Source: Epithemia pelagica (Eukaryota; Protista; Bacillariophyta). From it: a DNA stretch of 64,000 nt. Of this stretch, positions 32,020 through 41,410 are shown one piece after another. Location: contig OX337232.1 in assembly GCA_946965045.2 (NCBI GenBank), positions 2,046,001 to 2,110,000 on the forward strand. Direction: 5' to 3'. A model generated the notes under the pieces. It had not been told where the DNA came from. It was given only the letters and a program-made list of their open reading frames with translations, and did not search any database. A program made the position numbers and the translations under genes. Positions within the stretch are counted from its first letter, which is position 1. Every line of letters starts with the position of its first letter.

Positions 32020-35000
32020 ATGGATCCAACATACCCCAAGACACCTTCTCTTCCTTCTGACGACTCAGTACCGCCTGACATATCAGATACACAAGTGTTC
32101 AATCATATCACCCAGCATCTATTTGAATGTGATGAAGAACGAGCTCAAGCCCTTCATCAATGGATAAAACATAGTGGTTTCGAACACATTCTGAATGTCA
32201 TCGACTATCTTGCAGTCAATCCAGAAAAGAATATCAAGGACCTTGGACAATACAAGTATGGGAACAAGACGATGGATCTGAAGACATTTACAAGGCATCA
32301 ACTGAAGATCCTAGCACATTGGTCACGAGAACAAACCTCAACCCTGCAGCAGTCTGATTTACCTCGCTCTACCTGGTTGAACCTCACCAAGGCCAATTAT
32401 GATCATTGGAGAATCAATGCAGACTTCACCAAGCTCCGTCTGAACCAAGGTTGCATTTCGTCATTTCGTTTAGCAAAAAGAGAGGTGCTACGTCTTAACA
32501 ACTACATCTCCAATCTTCGTCTCGATGATTCATGGCACGGCACAACCTATCAGTTTCTTCTCCACTTTCAACACCAATTCCATCTTCTCGACAATCTGGG
32601 ATCAATGTTTGATCACATTCCTGGCCACTCCACTAGGATGACCTTCCTGATGAAAGCCGTTGAAAAGGTACCTGATTTACGACAAGTCAACATCTTGTCT
32701 GGTGCAAAGACACTTTGTTATCAATCATATTTCCGTCTTCTCCTTGATGCGGCATATGATCATGACCAAGTAACTCAAGCACCAAAGTCTAACCGACTTA
32801 AGCATACCAAGCAATGCGACTTTCAATATGATCAAGATTTTGATATCAAAGATCTATCACCCAAAGAAAAACACCGCATGATTAAGAGAACTAACGTGAA
32901 GACCAAGAAATCATCTTCGCTTCGTCCAAAGATCAGTCTTCCAAGAGATCTGTGGAGTAAACTCAACGACAATAGTCGTCAAGTAATCATTGCGTACAAC
33001 AAGTCTACCCAGAATCCGTCATCAACAACTGCATGCATGGAACAGACGCATACTCTTGACATTGATCCGGAACCTGATCCCGACCCTGGTCGTGCATGGA
33101 TTGACGACATGATTCAAGATGATTCCCAAGACCATCAAGATAATTTCTTTGATCTGATTACCTGGTTGGTTCCACAAGTTGTGACCAATATTGATGTCAA
33201 TCATCCAACATCTGATCTTGCTAATTTGGTGTCCAATATCAAGGCAACATCCATCCCTAATGATTGTCTCGAGAACAACAACTGTAAACAGAAAGTTGAG
33301 ATATCTCGACATCTGCTCTCTCGCATGTCTATTTTCTCCGGTGACAATCAATTGACTGGCTATAATCATTGGTATCTTGATCCCATGCAAGATACGGCAC
33401 CTTCTTCAAGGACTGTTGAAAATGATGGCAACAATCCGCATGATGCTTTTGGGAAGTATACCAATCGTGTTGTCTGTAACCTCAACCTTCTCTTGGATTT
33501 ACCTTACGATCATGGACCTGATACGCCTTCCTTCTTCACACCCCTGCTTGGAGAATACTGTTCCAAACCATATCTCCAAGATCAGAACATGGCTGAGAAC
33601 CGTTATCAGACCGTTAAGAGGACAACATACGTCGTGACCCTATCGGGCCATATCCCTCTTGAGATCCTCAATGGTCGCCCACCCGGCATTACCCACCCTC
33701 TTTTCTTCCTTATCTCGGACAAGGCCCCCTACTTTACCGAATCATATGCCCTCTTCCACCGTCCCTACCGTCCCTACCCTCCCTCTTTTGTCACGACACT
33801 TGGCTACTGGCTTGTTTTTGCCCCTCCTATTGGTGATACTTTGTCTCTGGACACTCAAACCCTTTGTTACTCTGCCATTCTTCATGATGCACCCACGCCA
33901 CCCAGCAACCTTTGTGTGGATACCTCTTCAGGGGAGGAATCGCTTCCAAGTGAACCCAACGGCAAGCAAGCTGACATTGTTTTCATTTGTAGCAAAGGTG
34001 AAGATCCATCCACGCAAATTCCAACGATCAAACATGATGACACTATTGGACAACCTTTCCTTGTTTATGATCCAGAGGAAAATGGGGAGCAACGACAACC
34101 GTATAATGGGGAGCAACCACAACCGTGTCTTATAAGATGCGTCATTGATTTAGAACAAGATGCTCTCAAGCAAGAAGACTGTATCAAGTACACTTTCTGC
34201 AAATCCATTTCCGACATTGACAAGATAATTTCATACCGTCAACATATGGAATACATCAAACAGGACAACCAAGCACAGGAAACTGAAGATGACGTTTTCC
34301 AGTTCAGAGACGTTGTTGCAGATCAAGAACCGTCAAGTATTAGCAACAATCCTGACTACAAAAGAAGTCACTGTAATATACTTGTTGATTGGGAGACTGG
34401 GGAGATGATCTATGAGCCTCCGTCACTCATGGTAAATGATGCCTATGCCAAGAAACATGATCTATTAAATGAACTTGGATGGAAACATCTCAAGCGTTTT
34501 GTCAAGACCAGTAAATGCCTTGTTCAAGCTGCTAAACAGCAGTCAAGAATCAAGCAAGTCTGTCGTTCCATCAAGTACAAGTTTGGTTATCAAGTTTCAA
34601 TGACAAATGAAGAATTAGTTGTTTTGTTAGACAAGCAACATGGTAAAAGAAAGTGGCACAACACTACTGAAGTTGAGCTCTTTCAGGCTTCACAGATCCA
34701 ATCCCTCACAAAAGTCAAGGATTGCGTTCAAGCTCAGTTCAAGAGAAGGGAAATGATAAATTCATCACCAGAAGAGTATCACAAGAACAAGATTCGAATC
34801 CATCTTGTAAAACATGATGATAGTCGCCCAGCACTTCTCATCACAGACGAGGCTTTTACCAAAGAACCGGTTGAGGCAATCTTTTTGTGTACTACTTCCA
34901 TTCACAACTTCCATACAACCACCTGTCTTGGGATTCTCAATGATATGGATGTATGGGGAGCAAAAGTTGGAATTGCACACGACCCGGAAGCTTTATCTGG

Positions 35001-35412
35001 AGAGAAGATCTTGATAGTTGCAAGACAAGAACTCAAGGAATCAGGTCACATCTTGATTACGCACAAGGCCTCAAAGGGATTGAAATCTTCAGGAGCAGGT
35101 CGGCGTGACTGTTTCTTTGACATCCCAATTGATATGGATTTGTCACCAACTAAGGCAGATCCCAATGTTTGGATGAAGAAGGCACCTGGGGAGCATAGCT
35201 CAAAGGGCATCGACAAGACCTACCAACTCAAGAATGATGACTATGAGAACATCCAGGAGACATTCTCAACAAACATTGGAAATTCTCGAAAGTATGGACC
35301 ATGTTCAAGATCATATTCTTCTGGGGAGGAAACGTTCAGAAGCATGACAAGGAAAATAACAATCCTCACTCGACGAATTGTGGGGAGTGTTAGGATTCTC
35401 ACCTTTAACTAG
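32020..35412 (+). CDS. Deleted/degenerate gag-pol, open for 1130 codons
   Basis: Gag-like LDDSWHGTTYQFLLHF; integrase tail SKPYLQDQNMAENRYQTVKR; WETGE...YAKKHDLLNE-x-GWK; RT remnants WGAKVGIAH, GLKSSG, PTKADPNVWM. No protease motif, HHCC, YxDD or RNase H recognisable. Confidence 0.8.
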   Translation: MDPTYPKTPSLPSDDSVPPDISDTQVFNHITQHLFECDEERAQALHQWIKHSGFEHILNVIDYLAVNPEKNIKDLGQYKYGNKTMDLKTFTRHQLKILAHWSREQTSTLQQSDLPRSTWLNLTKANYDHWRINADFTKLRLNQGCISSFRLAKREVLRLNNYISNLRLDDSWHGTTYQFLLHFQHQFHLLDNLGSMFDHIPGHSTRMTFLMKAVEKVPDLRQVNILSGAKTLCYQSYFRLLLDAAYDHDQVTQAPKSNRLKHTKQCDFQYDQDFDIKDLSPKEKHRMIKRTNVKTKKSSSLRPKISLPRDLWSKLNDNSRQVIIAYNKSTQNPSSTTACMEQTHTLDIDPEPDPDPGRAWIDDMIQDDSQDHQDNFFDLITWLVPQVVTNIDVNHPTSDLANLVSNIKATSIPNDCLENNNCKQKVEISRHLLSRMSIFSGDNQLTGYNHWYLDPMQDTAPSSRTVENDGNNPHDAFGKYTNRVVCNLNLLLDLPYDHGPDTPSFFTPLLGEYCSKPYLQDQNMAENRYQTVKRTTYVVTLSGHIPLEILNGRPPGITHPLFFLISDKAPYFTESYALFHRPYRPYPPSFVTTLGYWLVFAPPIGDTLSLDTQTLCYSAILHDAPTPPSNLCVDTSSGEESLPSEPNGKQADIVFICSKGEDPSTQIPTIKHDDTIGQPFLVYDPEENGEQRQPYNGEQPQPCLIRCVIDLEQDALKQEDCIKYTFCKSISDIDKIISYRQHMEYIKQDNQAQETEDDVFQFRDVVADQEPSSISNNPDYKRSHCNILVDWETGEMIYEPPSLMVNDAYAKKHDLLNELGWKHLKRFVKTSKCLVQAAKQQSRIKQVCRSIKYKFGYQVSMTNEELVVLLDKQHGKRKWHNTTEVELFQASQIQSLTKVKDCVQAQFKRREMINSSPEEYHKNKIRIHLVKHDDSRPALLITDEAFTKEPVEAIFLCTTSIHNFHTTTCLGILNDMDVWGAKVGIAHDPEALSGEKILIVARQELKESGHILITHKASKGLKSSGAGRRDCFFDIPIDMDLSPTKADPNVWMKKAPGEHSSKGIDKTYQLKNDDYENIQETFSTNIGNSRKYGPCSRSYSSGEETFRSMTRKITILTRRIVGSVRILTFN

Positions 35413-36143
35413 GTGATGGTGGAATCTACAACACATCGACTGATGCTAGTATTTTATGGCATCCGATGACATTTGTGTTAAAGTGAGAAAAGAATGACGG
35501 CATGCTCGCGGACCTATAATTTTGGCCAAGGCATGCTCGCAATGCACGCGCTATCGGCGACCGCTCGGATATTGACTATGGCCCATCACGTGCGCGCCCA
35601 GTATTCTCAAGCGCGCGCAATCACGATCCGAGTGAGCACCTCCACGACTTACCTCAACGACCTAAGTAATCAAAGCACGAATCACGATCACGCGAGACCA
35701 TATTTCCATTCCCACAATTCCAAGAATGCAATCAACAACGCGCCAAGAAAACTACCTATATCACAACAAAGCAAGAGCTGTTGGCATTGGTATATGATAT
35801 ACAACTGCATATACTTTCAATACAACAATGCAGGTCTACTCCAACCATTTGAGGACCTATCACACCAGATCCATGGCCGTATACAGGAGCCAGGACCTCG
35901 ACCTTCATCAAACATCTTAGTTAGTAATCATCTCACAATCATTAATATCACCATTTTAACACTCATCTTAAGACTTACCTCTTATCAGTGGACCGACTGC
36001 CCCCACCCACGGCGGACTTTGACTTGCAACTCTTCTCTGACCCGTGGAGGATTGTTGTATCGGTTGGTGATCGATTGTCGGCTCAGCGAGCCTTTTACCC
36101 AACTACCTATTACCCTTCTGAATTCTCAATGAGAGTTCTGCTA
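35388..36143 (+). repeat. 3' LTR (756 bp, terminal 8 bp deleted)
   Basis: Ends ...GTTCTGCTA followed directly by TSD GGTTC; the 5' LTR has an extra GATTAACA. Confidence 0.93.
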
Positions 36144-37098
36144 GGTTCGTCGCCCCTGGTGGTTGCACATGTGTGGTATGATCTTACCACAACCGACATC
36201 GCAAGTTCCAAGCTCAACGACAGTGAGAAGACAGAGAAAGGATTGAAGAGGTTCTTTGTTGCGATGTATTTTCTGTTCACTTACCCAAAAAATGCGCATA
36301 TCATTGCAACCGTGTTTCACCAAAATGAGAAATATTCCCGGGGTGAGGCAGTGTGGCAGTGGGTCCGTAAGATCCAAGGCCTGAAAGCCAAAGTCATCAT
36401 TTGGCCTCAATCACATGACGACCCGAACCGTGAAGTGTATGTTGTTACAGTTGATGGGGTGGACATGAAGACATGGGAACCGATGCATGAAACCTTTCCG
36501 CATGACCGACAATTCTTTTCCAAGAAATTCGCGCATGGTGGGCTGAAGTACGAGTTGGCAGTGAGTGTATTTTGGGGTCGGCTTGTCTGGATCAATGGCC
36601 CGTACAAGGCAGGCTGTCATGACCTGACCATCTTTTGAAACGGGCTTAAGGATCGCTTGGCAGATGGCAAGATGGCGATCGCTGACCGAGGATACGTTTC
36701 CTCTAGGGAAGATGAGGTCCACAAATTGGCAACGCCCAGAGCCACCGACAGTACGGAACTAGCAAAGTTCAAGTCTCGTTGCCGATGCAGGCATGAGACA
36801 TTCAATGGAAGGATCAAGAACTTCCGCATTCTGTCTGACACATACCGCCACTCCCTGGACAACCATCAGGCAGCTTTTGAAGCGGTTTGTGTCCTTGTCC
36901 AGTATCAAATCATGAATGGTTCTACGTTGTTTAACATCTAGAGAGTAGGTCTAACATGGCAAAATAACCAATAACCAATAACAAACGATCCTAAAAATAG
37001 TTATCATCTTGATGCATATTATGACTACTTCTCTGTACCACGTGGCATATAACAGAAAAGGATTCGCTTTCTTCTTCTTCGTTACTCAGTACTAAAGC

Positions 37099-38538
37099 TC
37101 AAAGGGATGCAAAGAGAGAGTTGACATCAGTCACACCACCATCAGAGGATCCACCAACTGGGACAGACTTGCTGTCAGAGACCATCCAATAAACATAGAC
37201 AGAAAAAAATGAGGTGCGCCCACTCTGTTTTTTCATCGGCGCCGTCTTCCTCGTCATGTTGATGTTGTCCCCAGGGTGAATCACTGAGTTGTCTAACTCA
37301 ACGCCCTCAGGGAAAATCCCAAGCCAATTCTTGCTACTGCATGCCTTGTTGAGCTTGCTCTTCATGCATGTTGAATGCAGCCGGTTGCTGACATTCTTCG
37401 AGTTGTCTCCGGTGAACTCTGTGTCTTCAAAACGCGACAAAAACTGATCAACATCATCATCCATCGAATCACGCCACGGACCTTCAATCAAGATGGCACG
37501 TCTCTCCAAGCCAGGGAAACCAGTGGCAATCCTTGCGCTGTACTTGTCGATATCCAGTGGCTCGACTTTCATTCGGATGATGTAGACGGTGCGTTCGTGT
37601 TTGTGATACACAACGCCAGGCACTCGGAAGACCATCACCTCATGAGAATCGGGGTAGTCAAATGAGATGTTGACAATCTTCGGGTTTTGGATGGTGCCCA
37701 AAGGGAACTCGGTCATTTCGCCAGAGTTTCCGCTGCTGCTGTCGGTCGTGGACGACATGATGGGAACGGCTGTGATGGGAGCTGGGACTGAGGCTTGGTC
37801 AGGGAGGACGAAGGAAGGAGGTGCAAGTTGGATGCCTTGTGGCTCAGGAGATGGAGATTGAAAGCTGGAGAACCGCGGTGGAGTTGCAAAGGAGGGAAGG
37901 TCTCCTCCGAATGCAACGGCTCTCTTCGAAGTTGCACGCGGCGGCGTATGGAACCGTGCAGATGTTGCGCCGGTTGACTGGACCTTGCTGGGCGGGCGAT
38001 GTATTTTGATGTCTCCTGCGCCTGCGCCTTCGTCAAGCTTGTGCTTGCTTGCCTGGACGCGCGGTTCAGAGGCAACGGACAAGTTCGTAAATCCACCAAT
38101 CAACGCGAAATCGTCGATGTTTTGTTCCTCCTCCTCGGATGCCTCGTCGTCCACCGCAAGGTCTTCGAAATCGACGTCGTCAACGCTGCTCGTCGTGGTG
38201 CCGGAACTTGCTGGGCCACTATAAGCAGCGAACGCCTCTCTGTTGGTGCCAAAGTTGCTGAGGATCCGAGTGTTCCACTCAGCAAGGGTCCGCTCACTGG
38301 GGGTGATCTTGCACTCGTCCAGGAGCTTCTTGTACTTCTCAATGTCAAGCTTGGTAAGTGACGAACAGCGCTTTTGAAAGCGGCGGAAGATCTTCCCAGA
38401 GCCGTACTTGTCACTTGACGAGGCTCCTCCCACGATGTCCGAAAAGAAGACTTCGGCTCGAGGCTTGGATGGGATGCTCTCGATGTCTTGCAAGAGAGTT
38501 TTCACCTGCTGGTTCGATAAGAATGAGGGATTCGGCAT
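37099..38538 (-). CDS. Accessory ORF-B, about 480 aa (helical N-domain, S/P/T-rich linker, beta-rich C-domain)
   Basis: Intact long ORF (track 37099..38691; likely ATG at 38538, MPNPSFLSNQQ). Convergent with the transposase, divergent from ORF-C. Confidence 0.7.
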   Translation of the reverse strand: MPNPSFLSNQQVKTLLQDIESIPSKPRAEVFFSDIVGGASSSDKYGSGKIFRRFQKRCSSLTKLDIEKYKKLLDECKITPSERTLAEWNTRILSNFGTNREAFAAYSGPASSGTTTSSVDDVDFEDLAVDDEASEEEEQNIDDFALIGGFTNLSVASEPRVQASKHKLDEGAGAGDIKIHRPPSKVQSTGATSARFHTPPRATSKRAVAFGGDLPSFATPPRFSSFQSPSPEPQGIQLAPPSFVLPDQASVPAPITAVPIMSSTTDSSSGNSGEMTEFPLGTIQNPKIVNISFDYPDSHEVMVFRVPGVVYHKHERTVYIIRMKVEPLDIDKYSARIATGFPGLERRAILIEGPWRDSMDDDVDQFLSRFEDTEFTGDNSKNVSNRLHSTCMKSKLNKACSSKNWLGIFPEGVELDNSVIHPGDNINMTRKTAPMKKQSGRTSFFSVYVYWMVSDSKSVPVGGSSDGGVTDVNSLFASL

Positions 38539-38933
38539 TATGAGAGGTTGTGAGCCTTTCTTTGCAAAGCAACAAACTACTCGTAGACCTGTCAAAAGCA
38601 ACATTAGTCTTATTTTCATTCCTACGTATACGCAATCATAGGTACATCTTAGGCATTGGTACTGCGTTGCCGTGGAGCATTTTGGCGCCATCCTTTTTGG
38701 CGCCGTCCTTATTCATACCTCTACGCAATCATAGGTACATTTTGGCCGTTGATACGCATTGCTATCCATTCGTGCCGTGCGTTGCATGGCATACATTACA
38801 GCGAAGCGACTGTTCGCGGGAAGCAGCTTCCCGTCAAGGGTGGGTCTTGTTTGACGCTATTCTATCAATGAAAGAGCATTGACATGGCAATCAAACTGTT
38901 TCTACTATCATCTTATCGCTCATAACTTCTAAG

Positions 38934-39494
38934 ATGGCACCGATTGGAAAGGAAGGTTGGATTCCCTGGCGCAAGAGCGCAACTCGAGCTCTCATTGTTT
39001 CTGAGTTGGAAAGCGGTGGCATTCCACTCACGCATGCAATTGGAGTCACGGCCGAAGATGTTTGGAGCAAGTACAAGGATCATGAAACTGTTGTGTCCGA
39101 GAAAGTGGTCAAGGAGCAGTTTCTTCTCCGTCTCAGGGACCACCAGAAACAAGTAGCTATCAAGAAACAATGTTCCTCACGTGAGGAAATCGCCCTCCGT
39201 CACGACCTTGCCATGCATCCTCCTCTCTGTAGCAACGCCTTCGGCCGTCCATTCTGGAACGGCTCTGATGCACAGAATTTTCTGGAACAAGATGTCTTCA
39301 ACCGAGTTTATGAACGCATGCATGTTGACCTGCTCTACCTCAGCCGCCCTGAGTACCAGGAGTTTCCGATGCGTTTGTTCCGTCATCATCTCTACCAAGA
39401 GATCAAACGCCAGAAGTTTATCTGTTTCCTTGAAATGAAGCGGGCCCAGAAACTAGCCACCAAGCAAGCCAAAGATCAGACCCGTAGCTCTTAA
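38934..39494 (+). CDS. Accessory ORF-C, 186 aa, two tandem W-x-x-S helical repeats (possible Myb/SANT-like DNA-binding partner)
   Basis: WRKSATRALIVSEL...EQFLLRL and WNGSDAQNFLEQDV...EFPMRLFRHHL. The stop codon abuts the inner end of the right arm. Confidence 0.7.
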   Translation: MAPIGKEGWIPWRKSATRALIVSELESGGIPLTHAIGVTAEDVWSKYKDHETVVSEKVVKEQFLLRLRDHQKQVAIKKQCSSREEIALRHDLAMHPPLCSNAFGRPFWNGSDAQNFLEQDVFNRVYERMHVDLLYLSRPEYQEFPMRLFRHHLYQEIKRQKFICFLEMKRAQKLATKQAKDQTRSS

Positions 39495-40145
39495 AGTAAA
39501 TTGGTTGATTGTTGTGCCATTCCTCTAGTTTGTCTTCGTAGTCTTTTGTACAGTTGTTCGTAATCTTTGTCCAGTTGTCCAGTTGTCGAGTTGTCCAGTT
39601 GTCAAGTTGTCCAGTTGTCCAGTTGTCCAGTTGTCCAGTTGTCCAGTTGTCCAGTTGTCCAGTTCGTTGTCCAGTTGTCCAGTTGTCCAGTTCAATTTGT
39701 CCAGTTGTCCAGTTGTCCAGTTCGATCGCTGATTGTCAAGTTCAGTTTTGTGTTTCCCGCAGGTCATGTTAATACGAATCGACATCCCCCGGCTCCCCAA
39801 CTTGTCATATATTGTACTATTCTACAGTAGAATTTTTCTCAACGGATCGTATCTTCTGGAGTACTTAGCGATCAAATTTTCAAGTCCGCACATACGGGAT
39901 CAAAAGTATCGATCAGACCCTGTCACGCCCATCGCTACAGGACTAACATTTCTCCGTTGAGTTGGTCGTGTACAGAAAATTGCGATAAGTATCCATGTCC
40001 AGTTATATTGCCCCATTTGTCCCTTCCGGACAACGTCACGAACCGAACTAGACTAGAGAGCTCTAAGCCTGAATAGCTAGAGGACAAGAAGTGTCTCCTA
40101 GCAATCGAGTCTATGTGTCCCCAACGACATAATTCCGAGTGTTCC
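39495..40145 (-). repeat. Right long imperfect terminal inverted arm
   Basis: Its reverse complement matches 29053..29768. Confidence 0.85.
39567..39720 (-). repeat. (TTGTCCAG)n octamer array, 12+3+3 units, inverted relative to the left array
   Basis: Blocks separated by TTCG and TTCAAT; two variant units (TTGTCGAG, TTGTCAAG). Confidence 0.95.
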
Positions 40146-40418
40146 TGATCGATGATTCCTACAAAATATTCTACAGTGTATCGTGGAATTGTACGTACAT
40201 GGTAGAGATGGGGATTGCGTCAAACTGGCCCATGAACCATGAATGCGTCAAACTGGCCGATTTCCTCACAAATTGAGACCTCTCTCCGCTCTTCACTGAT
40301 GCATGTTCAACAGCTTATTCTTGCCCTGATTATCCTTAGTCAAGTTGTTTCCCAAGGACACTCGTTTCTGAAGGTAAATTTGCAGACGAAAGTACTATCA
40401 AGTCCCTTATCTCATAAC

Positions 40419-41410
40419 ATGAAGGCAGCAGTTTTTGACGAGCACAAGGACGACATGTCCAACGTCATTGTCAAGGATATCCCAAAGCCATCGGACATTC
40501 CCAGTGACTGTGTTTTGGTCAAGGTGAAATATGCTGCCATTAATGCAGTTGATCCCCTAGTCGCGAACGGTATTGTTGGAAACTTTGGTTGGCAGACTCC
40601 GTTGCCCATGACCATGGGATACGATCTGAGCGGTGAAATTGATGCTATCGGAACAGATGTTACAAAGTTCAAGGTCGGAGATCCTGTATTTGGCGTCATC
40701 TGGGGACAGAAGAATCATGATACAGAGCCTGTTATTGGGGTGCCTTTGCGGAGTATGCGCTGGTCAAGGCAAACAAGCTTTCCGCGAAACCAGAAGGATT
40801 GGACTTCAAAGTTGCCGCCGCCATTCCTCTGGTTGGGACAACTTGCTATCAGGCACTTGATAAGATTGGAGTTGTTGATGGATCCGCAAAAAAGGTTCTC
40901 GTTTTGGGAGGGTCATCAGCTGTTGGATCTCTGGCTATTCAAATCGCCAAGGCCTCGGGATGCTGGGTAGTAACCACCTGTTCAGGTCGCACCAAAGATT
41001 ACGTGGAATCGTTTGGATGCGCAGATCTTATCATTGACTATACCAAGGACCAATGGGACCACGTGGACGCTCTAAAAGGTATCGGTGCAGTGTTTGATGA
41101 TGTGGGAGAGAAACTAGCTCTGGAACGTGCCAAAACGATTCTCAAGGAACAAGGTTCATTCATCACCATTGTCAGCCACCAATACGGCTTTGACCCTTCG
41201 GCTTATCCGCCCCTCAAGTTTGCTTCTTCATTTATTTTTGATAATGATGCTACGGTTCAGGACAAGCTTGCTGAATTGATCGAGGAGGAAAAGATGAAGA
41301 TTGTGGTGGAGAAGACATTCCCCTTCACACAAGAAGGAGTCACTGACATGATAGCTTCGCAGCAGACTGGTAAGAACAAAGGCAAGAGCATCATTGAGAT
41401 TGCTGCCTAA
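40419..41410 (+). CDS. MDR-family zinc-independent oxidoreductase (NADPH:quinone reductase-like) with a 1-nt frameshift at a G run (40737-40740)
   Basis: VLVKVKYAAINAVD, MGYDLSG, FKVGDPVFG, then G-AFAEYA in the other frame, KVLVLGGSSAVGSLAIQIAK. The span is 992 nt; one extra G restores a 330-aa ORF. Confidence 0.85.

Larger units (their letters stand above)
30760..36143 (+). mobile_element. Non-autonomous Ty1/copia (CoDi-like) LTR retrotransposon, 5-bp TSD GGTTC
   Basis: Near-identical LTRs, TSD at 30755-30759 and 36144-36148, polypurine tract GGGGAG just before the 3' LTR, copia order gag-IN-RT remnants. Confidence 0.92.
30635..36941 (+). pseudogene. Harbinger/IS5-like (DDE_Tnp_4-type) transposase, interrupted by an LTR element and an in-frame stop
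   Basis: Joining 30635..30759 to 36149..36941 gives 918 nt: MRLLLPDD...FRSHYG|SSPLVVAHVW...VDGVD (D)...IF*NGL...IADRGY (D)...RHETFNGRIK (E). TGA at 36636-36638. Confidence 0.9.
29053..40145. mobile_element. Long-inverted-arm DNA transposon with Harbinger/IS5-like DDE transposase and three accessory ORFs (outer ends approximate)
   Basis: Imperfect inverted arms 29053..29768 and 39495..40145, e.g. TTGGGGACACATAG-x-CTCGATTGCTAGGAGACACTTCTTGTCCTCTAGCT present in inverted orientation at both ends. Inverted CTGGACAA arrays; four internal genes. Confidence 0.85.

Noticed and set aside
36636-36638. Stop-codon read-through or selenocysteine in the Harbinger-like transposase
   Set aside because: The gene is already broken by the LTR insertion; a CGA-to-TGA transition explains the stop.
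40216-40258. 15-bp direct repeat TGCGTCAAACTGGCC x2 as the transposon TSD
   Set aside because: Both copies lie on the same side of the element; a local duplication with no counterpart at the left end.
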